A program made the position numbers and the translations under genes. Under the pieces are notes generated by a model. That model was not told the DNA's origin and did not search any database. It was given only the letters and a program-made list of their open reading frames with translations. A stretch of 64,000 bases of DNA. Source: Blastocatellia bacterium (lineage in GTDB: Bacteria > Acidobacteriota > Blastocatellia > UBA7656). Position 1 is the stretch's first letter. Every line of letters starts with the position of its first letter. The stretch is taken from contig DASRIZ010000243.1 of assembly GCA_035649735.1 (NCBI GenBank), positions 19,034 to 83,033 of the forward strand. Reading direction: 5' to 3'. Positions 30,127-40,120 of the stretch are shown piece after piece.

Positions 30127-30861
30127 TTACATCACGAACAACCCGTGCTCGATGATGTAGTTCTCGACGCTGACCGGCACTAGCTCCTTGATCGACAGTC
30201 CTTTGCGCCGACGGGTTCGAACCTCGGTTGCCGACATCTCGCCGAGGTCAGCAGGAAAATCCAGATAAAGAACACGATTGTCAGGCACCGAGGGTTCGCG
30301 CTCAACTAGGCTTCCGACGTTTGGCAATCCAAGACCAGCGCGGCCGGCGACAATCAAATGACTGTTCGCGAACAGGTATCCGATTGCTTCGGTGCGACCT
30401 CTAAACTCTCGATGATATCTGGTGGTGTAGCGGTCTTCGGCGTCAAGCACGCGCTCGAATGTATCGAAGCCGACGATGAAGTGCAAATCAGTTTGGTCGG
30501 GATACAAGCGCTTCAGCGCATCAATGATATCCACATAAAAGGCATGCGATGACAAGCCGATCGAGACGAATGGCACGGACGCAACCGCGAGCGTGAGCAT
30601 GGCGAGCCGATCTTCAAGCGAGCATTCGTATTCAAGCTTGTCTGCGTTTGTCTTGCCGGCAAGCGCGAGAACCTCGTCAAGTCCAAAGATCGCCGCTGCC
30701 CGTTGAATCAATTCGACGTGAGCGTTTGTAGGCGGGTTGAACGATGAAGCAAACACCCCAAGGCGCGGCCCGCTTTGGCCCGACGGATGGAGCATCTTGA
30801 TGACTGGCTGATTATTAGGATCAACATCATCGATCGATTCTTTTAGATGATCAAGCTGCAT
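30127..30861 (-). CDS. Nucleotidyltransferase, NadD/NMNAT-like
   Basis: 244 aa. FASSFNPPTNAH matches the (H/T)xxH nucleotidyltransferase motif context. Adjacent to cinA. Confidence 0.6.
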   Translation of the reverse strand: MQLDHLKESIDDVDPNNQPVIKMLHPSGQSGPRLGVFASSFNPPTNAHVELIQRAAAIFGLDEVLALAGKTNADKLEYECSLEDRLAMLTLAVASVPFVSIGLSSHAFYVDIIDALKRLYPDQTDLHFIVGFDTFERVLDAEDRYTTRYHREFRGRTEAIGYLFANSHLIVAGRAGLGLPNVGSLVEREPSVPDNRVLYLDFPADLGEMSATEVRTRRRKGLSIKELVPVSVENYIIEHGLFVM

Positions 30862-30870
30862 TCGAATTCA

Positions 30871-31395
30871 TTATGCCACGCCAACAAGGGAACTCAGCCA
30901 CAGCAACAATCCTGCGTACACTCCTGCAAGGGCGTCATCTGCCATAACTCCAAATCCGCCGTGAAGCCCCTCCAGCTTGCGAATCGGATACGGCTTGAAA
31001 ATGTCGAACAACCGAAAAAGTATGAACCCGATGATCACGCCTCTTATCGAGAGCGATGACAATAATGCCAGCGGCGTAAGCGCGATTAACTGACCGCTCA
31101 CTTCATCGATCACTATCACCCTCGCATCCTTAAGGCCGGTTATCTCACACGTTCGGCTTGATGCCCACACTCCAGCCGCGAACACCACCAGGTTTATGAT
31201 CGCGATTGCTACCAACGAAAATGCTTGTCCAAGATGTAGAGAGCCGATTGCGAGATAGATCGCAACGCCTTCAACCGCCCCAACCGTCCCGGGAGCGAAA
31301 GGAACAAGCCCCGCGCCCAGCCCGGTAGCGACCGCGTAAGCGAGCCGGTCAGCCCCGGTGTAATGTTCCTTGCTGATGGTGGATGTGCGGTTCAA
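30871..31395 (-). CDS. pgpA: Phosphatidylglycerophosphatase A
   Basis: 174 aa. PFAPGTVGAVEG, VDEVSGQLIAL, FRLFDIFKPYPIRKLE..GVMADD. TTG start uncertain. Confidence 0.85.
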   Translation of the reverse strand: MNRTSTISKEHYTGADRLAYAVATGLGAGLVPFAPGTVGAVEGVAIYLAIGSLHLGQAFSLVAIAIINLVVFAAGVWASSRTCEITGLKDARVIVIDEVSGQLIALTPLALLSSLSIRGVIIGFILFRLFDIFKPYPIRKLEGLHGGFGVMADDALAGVYAGLLLWLSSLVGVA

Positions 31396-31438
31396 GAGAT
31401 AAGATGCCGAGGTTTTCTCGACTCAGCGATCCCGGTGA

Positions 31439-32797
31439 TCAGACAACTCGGCCGATCAAGTCGTAGTCGTGGGCCTCGGTTACTTCGACGGTTACGAAAT
31501 CCCCAGGCTGTGGCCGGGTGTCCTCAGGAACGTCGTTGATCAATACGGATCCGTCAATCTCCGGAGCTTGTGATTCCATCCGGCCTTCAAGCAACAGGTC
31601 GCTCTCCCTGGAGGTTCCTTCAAGCAAGACCCTTACGCGGCTCCCAACCAGGCTCCGGTTCTTTCTACGGGAGATTCGAGACTGCTCTGTCATTAGGATT
31701 CGTTCGCGCTTCCGGGCTATCGCGGTGTCGACCTTTTCGTCCAGCTCAAACGCCGGTGAGTTCTCTTCGTCGGAATAGGTGAAGACCCCCACCCGATCGA
31801 ATTCAACGACCTTCACAAAATCAAGCAATTCCTGGAAGTCCTCTTCGCGTTCGCCTGGGAACCCAACTATGAAGGTGGTGCGAACAGCGACGCTTGGTAC
31901 CCGTTCTCGTATCCGCTCGATCAGCCTCTGGTACGCCTCACGATTGCCGCCGCGTCGCATTCGCTGGAGCACTCGGCGACTTGCGTGCTGAAGCGGGATG
32001 TCGAAGTACTTGCAAACGTTCGGCCGATTCGCCATCACGTCAAGCAGCTGATCGGTAATTGCGGTCGGATAGCAATAGAGAAAACGCACCCACTCTACTT
32101 TTGGTACCGAGGCGATTGCATCGACCAACGTCGCGAGCCCGTCGTTGAGCCCCAGATCGGAACCGTAGGTCGTTGTGTCTTGCGAAATCAGCACAAACTC
32201 CCGCACGCCCTGCTCCGCGAGCATCTCGACTTCTCGTAGAATTGACTCGGGCGAACGCGAGCGAAAGACACCACGAAGCTTGGGAATTATGCAGAACGCG
32301 CAGGTATGATCGCAGCCTTCGGCAATCTTAACGTAAGAAGTGTATGGGGCGGTCGCGCGCAGTCGAGGTGTCGTCTCGTCGTAAAGAAAAAGCTCGGGCG
32401 CTGACGTGCCGTCGCTATAAATCGGCAGTATTCGAGGGCCGTTCGGCTGTACCGCGGACTCGATTTCCTTGAGCTGATTTACTCCGATGCACGCATCTAT
32501 ATCGGGGATTTCGCGCTGCAGTTCATCGCGGTAACGCTCGACAAGGCAACCGGCGACAATCAGCCGCTGCAGCTTGCCGGTCTGCTTGAGCTGGGCCATC
32601 TCAAGAATCGTATCGACCGATTCCTGTCGAGCGGAATCGATAAAACCGCAAGTGTTGACGACGAGCACGTCCGCAGCCCGAGAATCGGTAGTCAACTCGT
32701 ATCCCTGACGCGCGAGCAGCCCCATCATTACCTCGCTATCGACAAGGTTCTTGGGACAACCGAGGCTGACCATTCCGACTTTCTTCTTTTCGAGCAT
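31439..32797 (-). CDS. rimO: Ribosomal protein S12 methylthiotransferase RimO
   Basis: 452 aa. MVSLGCPKNLVDSE N-terminal UPF0004 domain, radical SAM CDHTCAFC, C-terminal TRAM-like domain. Confidence 0.92.
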   Translation of the reverse strand: MLEKKKVGMVSLGCPKNLVDSEVMMGLLARQGYELTTDSRAADVLVVNTCGFIDSARQESVDTILEMAQLKQTGKLQRLIVAGCLVERYRDELQREIPDIDACIGVNQLKEIESAVQPNGPRILPIYSDGTSAPELFLYDETTPRLRATAPYTSYVKIAEGCDHTCAFCIIPKLRGVFRSRSPESILREVEMLAEQGVREFVLISQDTTTYGSDLGLNDGLATLVDAIASVPKVEWVRFLYCYPTAITDQLLDVMANRPNVCKYFDIPLQHASRRVLQRMRRGGNREAYQRLIERIRERVPSVAVRTTFIVGFPGEREEDFQELLDFVKVVEFDRVGVFTYSDEENSPAFELDEKVDTAIARKRERILMTEQSRISRRKNRSLVGSRVRVLLEGTSRESDLLLEGRMESQAPEIDGSVLINDVPEDTRPQPGDFVTVEVTEAHDYDLIGRVV

Positions 32798-32902
32798 TTG
32801 ATACCGTTATATGTGAGCGATCTGACGTTACGCGGAAAACAATGATGTTAACGGATGAAGCAGGGTTTTACTAGTCGCGCTCGCAACGCGGGTGGGTCGG
32901 TC

Positions 32903-33916
32903 TCACTTGTGCTTATCACCGCTCGGCGCCTGGTAGCTGCTTCTGTTTGTGCGGACAATCGCGCCGGGCTTCTGAACCTCGACACTGAGCTGATGAACAC
33001 GTCCATCGCGCCGGCTCGACTCCGGCGGATAGTACGCAATGGTGTAGCTGGACCTGATCTCTTCGGCGATAGCCTTGAACACCGGAGTGAAGTCCTTGGA
33101 GTCGGCCGAAAAATCCGCCCCTCCGGTCAGCGGCACGATACGCGAAACATCCAGGAGGGTCATGCTTCTTTTGTTACCAGACGACGCCATGTATGAAGGC
33201 AGAGTAATCGAATAGACGGTGACCTCGGCATCGTTAGCGCGACGGATCAAATCGCGCTGGTCGGGCGAGTCCAGGTTGTCGTAGCCGTCGGTTACTACGA
33301 TGACCACGCGGCGCAAGCGCCGTCCACCACGAAAACGCGGCGCCCGTTTGAGCATCGAGACTGCCCGGTCGATTGTCCCGAATATCCGCGATAAGCCGGT
33401 TATCTCCCCGATTTTGCGGAAAGCTCGGGAGACTTTTTCAGGCTCACTGGTGAAGTCCTGAAGCACCTGCATTTCGCTGCTGAATGTGACGACGGCGAAT
33501 ATCGATTCCGGCCGTAGCAGTTTTACAAAGTTCTCGGTTGCCTCGCGTTGTTTGGATATCTCTTCAGGCGTAATGCTGCCCGATTTGTCAAAGGCAAAGA
33601 CGACCGCGAGCGAGCGCGTAAGCACTGTTTCCTCGTTTGCCTCGAAAAACTCCACCTTTTGGCGTTGACCGTCTTCATATACAACGAAGTCTTCAGCGCT
33701 CAGTTTTCGAATAAAGCCGCCGTTCTTGTCGGTGACCGTCGCATCAATCGTCACGAGATCGGTTCGTAGCTTGACCGCATCATCGGGTTTTTGGGCAAAG
33801 GCGGGAGCTATTAATGCGACCATTTGAATGATGCATAATAGCGTTACGACGCGTCCGGTTTTCACTGCTTCGCTCCCAACGAGTTGATGAGTGTCACGCA
33901 GAAAAAAGCCTATCAC
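32903..33916 (-). CDS. VWFA-related acidobacterial-type domain protein
   Basis: 337 aa. LVTIDATVTDKNGGFIRKLSAEDFVVYEDGQRQKVEFFE followed by a VWA region (VVFAFDKSGS). The start may be the internal GTG 33865 (MKTGRVVTLLCIIQMVALIAPAFA signal peptide, GGGAG upstream). Confidence 0.75.
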   Translation of the reverse strand: MIGFFLRDTHQLVGSEAVKTGRVVTLLCIIQMVALIAPAFAQKPDDAVKLRTDLVTIDATVTDKNGGFIRKLSAEDFVVYEDGQRQKVEFFEANEETVLTRSLAVVFAFDKSGSITPEEISKQREATENFVKLLRPESIFAVVTFSSEMQVLQDFTSEPEKVSRAFRKIGEITGLSRIFGTIDRAVSMLKRAPRFRGGRRLRRVVIVVTDGYDNLDSPDQRDLIRRANDAEVTVYSITLPSYMASSGNKRSMTLLDVSRIVPLTGGADFSADSKDFTPVFKAIAEEIRSSYTIAYYPPESSRRDGRVHQLSVEVQKPGAIVRTNRSSYQAPSGDKHK

Positions 33917-34030
33917 GCGTACCAGCTTAGTTCAATTTTGGTGAAAGTCTTTAGGAAACTGCGGATTGAGCGGAGTGCGGCAGACGACGCAAACAATCCG
34001 GCTGCTGCGGCCCCGACTCGAGGAATGGAT

Positions 34031-35290
34031 TCACGACAAGTGAGCTACCAGACGCTGTAGCGACTCCGAGAACACGGGACCTTCATCCATCGATAGTCTT
34101 AACTTTTTCAACTCGTATTCGATCAGGCGACGGTTATCGCTCACCAACGAATCGGAAACGCCGAGGAGCTTTGCGATCTCCAATTGAGAAGGTCCCTCAG
34201 GGTTGTAGTAGCAGTGCCAGAGAGTCGACAGCAACCGGGTGTATCGGCGTTCGTTGTTGTTCACCGCTCGTCGCAAAGACGTCAAAAATTCGTCTGCCAT
34301 CATTGCAACACGGTCGTCTTGCTCGCAACGCAACAAAACGTCCTCGGGAGTTTCCCTTGTGTCTCGAGCTTCCCTGCGCATCGTGACGCCGTTGGCCCCC
34401 GAACTCAGCTCTTCGTCCAGCGACGCGACGTTGTAGTCTTGCAGCGGGATCTTTGAAAGCGCCAATTGTCGAATCGTGCGCACGTCCGCTGGTGAGTCGA
34501 TAACGGTGAAGACTTCGACAATCAGGTTTTCCAGATCGGGATTGGAGAGTATCAGCTGCGACGTGCCCGAGCGCCCGACCAGTCGTGTGTCGCGATTCCT
34601 CATCGGCACCGCCTTGATGAGTTCGGAAAAGTGACCGCTGTCGCAGTGCGGCTTAGAGTTTGGCCATTGACAAAGCCCGAATACTTGGTTGACCATCCGC
34701 CGTCGCCGCGGCTCGGTTCCTTTGCCATTCTTTTTTGCGGGTTCGGGTTCGTCGTCCACGTCGATCGACTCGGTATCGTCATCTTCCTCCAGAACGGCCG
34801 CTTCTCTGGCGACTTCGTCAATCGAAGGAGTCGCTTTTTTTGCAGGTCGGCCGCGACGCGCCGGCGGTTTCACCGATTCGGCGACTAATTCCGAATCGCG
34901 CGCGCCTTGAGCGCCGAAGCGACGAAACCGCGAGCTGGTCTTTAGCAGCGAGCTCACCCGGCGTGCCATTCGGAATGATTCCGGATACCGTTTTCGTAGC
35001 CTGGCGCCCACGAGATTAGGTACTTCAATACGAGCAAGCTCATTCTCTATATCGACGCTTCTGTAATTGTTACGTACGTAATAATCGAATCGTTGCTTTT
35101 GAAAGAGCTCGAGAAACAACTCCTGAGCTAAATCGGCGTTGATCTCGGTCTGTGACGACACGGCGGCGCCGTCGGTAGCGAAATGAAGCGGCCGCACTGC
35201 CGGATGTCTCGACACCAGCTGGAACAGTCCATTCCACAGCCCTTCGACATCTTCGTCTTCGAGGAGCCCTGCCCAGTTAATCTCAGTCAT
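34031..35290 (-). CDS. Hypothetical protein with sigma-70 region-4-like C-terminal HTH
   Basis: 419 aa. The C-terminus ..YTRLLSTLWHCYYNPEGPSQLEIAKLLGVSDSLVSDNRRLIEYELKKLR resembles ECF sigma region 4. The N-terminal DLAQELFLELFQKQ resembles region 2. A long charged insert lies between them. Confidence 0.45.
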   Translation of the reverse strand: MTEINWAGLLEDEDVEGLWNGLFQLVSRHPAVRPLHFATDGAAVSSQTEINADLAQELFLELFQKQRFDYYVRNNYRSVDIENELARIEVPNLVGARLRKRYPESFRMARRVSSLLKTSSRFRRFGAQGARDSELVAESVKPPARRGRPAKKATPSIDEVAREAAVLEEDDDTESIDVDDEPEPAKKNGKGTEPRRRRMVNQVFGLCQWPNSKPHCDSGHFSELIKAVPMRNRDTRLVGRSGTSQLILSNPDLENLIVEVFTVIDSPADVRTIRQLALSKIPLQDYNVASLDEELSSGANGVTMRREARDTRETPEDVLLRCEQDDRVAMMADEFLTSLRRAVNNNERRYTRLLSTLWHCYYNPEGPSQLEIAKLLGVSDSLVSDNRRLIEYELKKLRLSMDEGPVFSESLQRLVAHLS

Positions 35291-35768
35291 GACTCATTCT
35301 CCCACTAACGCTGCGCGAGCTTGAGCATACACACGCTAATTAGAACCAGGCGCGTGAGGCGCACCCTTTTTAGTTCGAGTCTACCCACAGTCATGTCGCT
35401 ATGGGATTGTCATCGACCGTCGCAAGAACATGCCGCGCAACCGCTGAGCCAATGCGATTGATTAGTTGAGGAGGCAGGAAACAAACCGAGAAGCGCCCGG
35501 ATCGAAGACGGTTGTAGCGCCGTCATCCAAGAGCGCTCCAACCTACGGGACCCACCCGGGGGAACTGGTCCCGGGCCTTTATACCATCAGCAGAGCGCCG
35601 AAGGAATACTATTCGCGACCGCGCTTGGCATTCATGGATCCTGGCTTGCGCACCACCCGGAAATGAGCGATTGATCATCCCCGCGTTGACAAAGAACCCC
35701 GCCGCAGATAAAAGCACCTTCTGATTTGCTTGTGTTTATCAAAATGTGTTGCCGATAAGGGAGTAGTC

Positions 35769-37064
35769 ATGCGCGCAGCGAAGATCTTGATCGGCGTTTC
35801 TCTGTGTGTTGTTGGGCTGTTCCCGTGCTCGCGCTCTAATGCAGCCTCGCGTGTCAAAGCGATCCGATTTGGCAAGCTCGTCGATGGCGCCGGGAAAGTC
35901 CTTAGAAACGCGGTAGTCATTATTGAAGGCGATCGCATCAAGAGCGTCAGCTCGCGCAGTGACACGATTCCACCGGGCGCCGAGATCTTCGATCTCACGA
36001 AATACACCGGTATCCCCGGGCTCATTGATGCGCACACGCATATGACTTATTACTGGGATGAAGCGCCGGGTACGCGGCCCTGGGCGCAACTGGGTTCGCG
36101 GACGCCGGCCATGACGATGTTCCTTGCGCAGGAGAATCTTCGTCGCACGCTCGAGACTGGAGTGACCAGTGTTCGAAATCTCCACGCTTCCGAATACACC
36201 GACATCGCGATGCGGGATCTGATAAGCATTGGAAAAATGACGGGTCCGAGGATGTTTGTTTCGGGCTACGGGCTGCATGTCTCTTCGCGTGCAGGCGCGC
36301 CAACGCCGAGCAGGGGTCAGGCAAACGGCGTCGACGAGGTCGCGCGAGCCGCTCGCGAACAAATTGCGGCGGGAGCGGATTGGGTGAAGATGTTTGGCTC
36401 GACCGGCAGTGCCCAGGATGTCTCCGGGAATCAAACCTACTCTTTTGAGGAGATGAAGGCGGCGGTTGATACTGCTCACAATCTAGGAAAGAAGATCGCG
36501 ATTCATTCCTATGGCCCGGCCGGGGCGCGAGATGCCGTGCGAGCCGGTGCTGACTCTATTGAGCACGCAACTGACATGGATGACGAAACGATTGCGGAGA
36601 TGGCTCGACGTCAGACTTTTTATGTTCCGACCATCGATCACAATCGATACTATGCCGAATACCGAAATCAATTTGGGTATGGGCCTGAGGTCGCCGAGCG
36701 ATTGAAGGATTATGTCGAGCGGAATCTGGAGACCGCGCGACGCGCGTTCAAAGCCGGTGTGCGCTTCGCGATGGGTTCTGATGCGGTATTCACGATGTTC
36801 GGCCAGAACACTCGCGAGCTGGCGTGGTTGGTGAAAGCCGGGATGACGCCCGGTCAAGCGCTGACTGCAGCGACAACGAATGGCGCGGCATTGCTTGGAA
36901 TCGAAAAGAGCCTGGGCGCGGTCTTGCCGGGTTATTACGCTGATATAGTGGCGGTTGAGGGGGACCCGCTTGCGGACATCGGCGTGGTGATTAACAACGT
37001 GCGGTGGGTTATGAAGGGCGGCGTTGTAGTAGTCGACAAAACAAAATCGCGAAAGAATCGTTAA
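35769..37064 (+). CDS. Secreted metal-dependent amidohydrolase
   Basis: ATG 35769 preceded by AAGGGAG. Signal peptide. PGLIDAHTHM HxH motif; later His/Asp motifs (IAIHSYG, SDA). Confidence 0.85.
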   Translation: MRAAKILIGVSLCVVGLFPCSRSNAASRVKAIRFGKLVDGAGKVLRNAVVIIEGDRIKSVSSRSDTIPPGAEIFDLTKYTGIPGLIDAHTHMTYYWDEAPGTRPWAQLGSRTPAMTMFLAQENLRRTLETGVTSVRNLHASEYTDIAMRDLISIGKMTGPRMFVSGYGLHVSSRAGAPTPSRGQANGVDEVARAAREQIAAGADWVKMFGSTGSAQDVSGNQTYSFEEMKAAVDTAHNLGKKIAIHSYGPAGARDAVRAGADSIEHATDMDDETIAEMARRQTFYVPTIDHNRYYAEYRNQFGYGPEVAERLKDYVERNLETARRAFKAGVRFAMGSDAVFTMFGQNTRELAWLVKAGMTPGQALTAATTNGAALLGIEKSLGAVLPGYYADIVAVEGDPLADIGVVINNVRWVMKGGVVVVDKTKSRKNR

Positions 37065-37192
37065 GAATAATTGCAGGGCGGGATGGGACATTACCATTGC
37101 CGGATGGTTTGGACCTACTGATTCACGTGGCTTGAATTCCCCGGCTATCTGATTATGATTCTTGAACCGATGATCGACTATCAGGAGAATTC

Positions 37193-38098
37193 ATGAAAAA
37201 AACCATATCTGTCTTATTTCTGTTAGTGGCGTTTGCGCTCCTCGGCCAGACAGCGCGAGCCGATTCCGATCTTGAGAAGCGAGTCGAGCATGGTTATGCC
37301 GACTCGGGCGGCGTCAAGATTCATTACGCCAGTCTGGGTAAGGGCCCGCTTGTTGTCATGATCCACGGCTTCCCGGATTTCTGGTATTCGTGGCGCGATC
37401 AAATGCAAGCGCTGTCAAAGGACTATCAGGTCGTCGCGATCGACCAACGCGGTTACAACTTGAGCGATAAACCAAAGGGTGTTGAGAACTACGATATGCG
37501 CTTGCTCGTTGGCGATGTTGCCGCGGTGGTCAAACATCTGAAACGAGATAAGGCGATCATTGTCGGGCACGATTGGGGCGGTATTGTTGCGTGGACGTTT
37601 GCCATGATGTTGCCGGATATGACTGAAAAGCTGGTTATCCTGAATCTCCCTCATCCTCGCGGTCTCAATCGCGAGCTCGCGAACAATCCGCAGCAACAGA
37701 AGAACAGCCAGTACGCGCGCAACTTTCAACAGCCCGATGCGCATACAAAGATTACCGCGGCGGGCCTCGCGGGTTGGGTGAAAGATCCCGAGGCGAAGAA
37801 GAAATACATCGAAGCATTCAGTCGCTCGGACATTGAAGCGATGCTCAACTACTACAAACGCAACTACCCGCGCGAGCCGTACACTGAAGACAAATCACCG
37901 GTTATAAAAGTAAAGATGCCGGTGCTGATGATTCACGGGCTCAATGATACGGCGCTGCTTGCCGGAGCTCTGAACAATACCTGGGAGTGGCTCGATAAAG
38001 ATCTGACATTGGTGACCATACCCGGGGCAGGGCACTTTGTTCAGCAGGACGCTTCGGATATGGTAACGCGATCGATAAAGATGTGGTTGTCGAGATAA
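37193..38098 (+). CDS. Secreted alpha/beta hydrolase, epoxide-hydrolase/haloalkane-dehalogenase-like
   Basis: 301 aa. Signal peptide. [13 protein letters not shown] and nucleophile elbow VGHDWGG. C-terminal GAGHFVQQD. Confidence 0.85.
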   Translation: MKKTISVLFLLVAFALLGQTARADSDLEKRVEHGYADSGGVKIHYASLGKGPLVVMIHGFPDFWYSWRDQMQALSKDYQVVAIDQRGYNLSDKPKGVENYDMRLLVGDVAAVVKHLKRDKAIIVGHDWGGIVAWTFAMMLPDMTEKLVILNLPHPRGLNRELANNPQQQKNSQYARNFQQPDAHTKITAAGLAGWVKDPEAKKKYIEAFSRSDIEAMLNYYKRNYPREPYTEDKSPVIKVKMPVLMIHGLNDTALLAGALNNTWEWLDKDLTLVTIPGAGHFVQQDASDMVTRSIKMWLSR

Positions 38099-38103
38099 CG
38101 TTT

Positions 38104-38185
38104 GGCGTCTTAGCGGTTCTTTGCGTCTTTGCGCGAAACAAACAATTGCATTCGTTGCTTCGCGCGAAGGCGCAAAGCCTAAGGG
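38104..38185. repeat. Imperfect hairpin of the GCGTCTT-AGCGG-CTTTGCG family
   Basis: The left arm GGCGTCTTAGCGGTTCTTTGCGTCTTTGCGCGAAAC faces GCTTCGCGCGAAGGCGCAAAGCCTAAGGG. The left arm is about 85% identical to the reverse complement of 53564-53600. Confidence 0.7.
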
Positions 38186-38194
38186 AATGTTACT

Positions 38195-38581
38195 TTAAGG
38201 CCCTTTTTCCTCCATCACGGCAATTCGCTCGAAGAGTTCTCGGTTGTCGCCGCGGATCTCCAGGAGAACATCATTTAACGCGCGAATTACGTGCGCTTGT
38301 TTCCGAAAGTGCGCATCCGTTTCCCGAAAGTGCGCTTCCGTTTCGGTGCGAAGTAAGTCGATCCGACTCATTACCAGCTCGTGTTTTTGCTCGACGTTTT
38401 TATTGACGGCATCTCGAACGCTGGTGATGTCATCTCGAACGCTGGCAATCAGTTCTTGAGTCTCGATATGCCTCCTATCCATTACCCCTTGTATCGTGCT
38501 GAGTCGTTCCATCAGGGTTAAGAGTGTGGGCTCCGTATCGGGGACGTCATTCGGGGGCTTCTGAGTCAGCTCGTCGCTCAT
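38195..38581 (-). CDS. Hypothetical coiled-coil protein
   Basis: 128 aa. Heptad-like helical sequence with internal duplications (DDITSVRD/AVNKN; TEAHFRETDAHFRK). Weak purine-rich RBS. Confidence 0.45.
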   Translation of the reverse strand: MSDELTQKPPNDVPDTEPTLLTLMERLSTIQGVMDRRHIETQELIASVRDDITSVRDAVNKNVEQKHELVMSRIDLLRTETEAHFRETDAHFRKQAHVIRALNDVLLEIRGDNRELFERIAVMEEKGP

Positions 38582-38835
38582 GGCTACTTCTTTCTGTCGG
38601 TTCTTCAGTTAAGCGATACGAAGTGTCATCAGACTTGCGCTCGTATCTTGCCGCCAGCCATCGCTTCGTGTTCATTTATACTCCCTATCATAATCAGAGT
38701 CAAATGATTATTGTTAGTGCTTATATTTGAAGCAGCCCTGCCAGTCATCATTGCGCCTTGTGGCCACAAGCCAAGCCCGTACGCCGAACTGAACTCGCTT
38801 TTCGTCTTGAATTCAGTAGAACTTGTGAATGAGAA

Positions 38836-40086
38836 TTGGTGCTAATGATATACACATCAAGATTCGCTCTTCTGCTTAGCCTGCTGGTCTCTCAAACGGG
38901 CGCCGGCACGCCGGTAACTCTACCCGACTGGCCTCAGTGGCACGGGCCCAACAGAACCGCGATCTCGACCGAGACGGGCCTCTTAAAAACCTGGCCGGCC
39001 GGAGGACCTCCAGTCGTTTGGTCGATATCCAATCTTGGCGAAGGGTATGGTTCGGTTGCGATCAAAGGCGACCGAATCTTTGTCCAGGGCGTGAAGGACA
39101 GTCAAAGTTCGGTCTTCTGCCTGAACCGCGCTGACGGCAAGACCATTTGGGTGACTCCGCTGGGGCCCCGTCTCGGTCAAGATAAGGGACCTGGACCCAG
39201 GGGCACTCCGACCGTTGAAACCGACCGGCTCTATGCGCTTGCCGAGACTGGAGATCTCGCCTGTCTTAAAATCTCTGACGGTTCCATCGCCTGGCGCCGG
39301 AACATCCTCAAGGATTTCGGCGGTCGAAACCCGAAGTGGTTGATAAGCGAATCGCCGTTGATTGATGGGGATCGCTTGATTGTCACCCCCGGCGGTGAAG
39401 GGGCGAGCATCGTCGCGCTCGACAAAGCTTCGGGTAAGACCATCTGGACCACAAAGGAACTGAGCGATGAAGCCGGCTACTCCTCATGCATTGCCGCGGA
39501 CATCGGCGGAGTGCGAACGATAATCGGCTTCACGGGCCGCGCCGGCGTAGGCGTCCGAGCCTCGGACGGGAAACTAATGTGGCGTTATGAGCCGGTTTCA
39601 AACCGCACCGCCAACATCGCGACTCCGATCGTTTACGACAACAAGGTCTTTTATACTTCAGACTACGGCACCGGTTGCGCGCTGCTTGGCTTGAAAGCTG
39701 AGGGTGGCGAGGTGAAAGCCGAGGAGATTTACTTTAGCCGCGAAATGAAGAATCATCACGGCGGGGTAGTGCTGCTCAACGGGTATCTCTACGGGTTCAA
39801 CAGCGCGATTCTGAGCTGTGTCGAGTTTGCGACCGGCAAATTAGTTTGGCGTGATCGCAGTGTGGGCAAGGGAACGCTGACATATGCCGACGGCCAGCTA
39901 TATCTGCTGAGCGAGAACAATGTCGTCGGTTTAGCGGAAGCATCGCCGGCGGGGTACAAAGAAACCGGCCGTTTCCAGATTGCAGATCAGGGTTGGCCGA
40001 GCTGGGCGCATCCGGTCGTCTGCGGCGGCAAATTCTATATTCGCAATCAGGGAACACTAGCCTGCTACGATGTCAAAGCGAAATAG
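38836..40086 (+). CDS. PQQ-like beta-propeller repeat protein (BamB-like fold)
   Basis: 416 aa. Signal peptide. WPQWHGPNRTAIS..LLKTWPAGGPPVVW opening and repeated G.lyal....g.l.ald..tGk..W units. Start may be TTG 38836, GTG 38839 or ATG 38845. Confidence 0.8.
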   Translation: MVLMIYTSRFALLLSLLVSQTGAGTPVTLPDWPQWHGPNRTAISTETGLLKTWPAGGPPVVWSISNLGEGYGSVAIKGDRIFVQGVKDSQSSVFCLNRADGKTIWVTPLGPRLGQDKGPGPRGTPTVETDRLYALAETGDLACLKISDGSIAWRRNILKDFGGRNPKWLISESPLIDGDRLIVTPGGEGASIVALDKASGKTIWTTKELSDEAGYSSCIAADIGGVRTIIGFTGRAGVGVRASDGKLMWRYEPVSNRTANIATPIVYDNKVFYTSDYGTGCALLGLKAEGGEVKAEEIYFSREMKNHHGGVVLLNGYLYGFNSAILSCVEFATGKLVWRDRSVGKGTLTYADGQLYLLSENNVVGLAEASPAGYKETGRFQIADQGWPSWAHPVVCGGKFYIRNQGTLACYDVKAK

Positions 40087-40120
40087 AACGCTGCTCGGTT
40101 CTCAATAGCCACCGAGTCCT

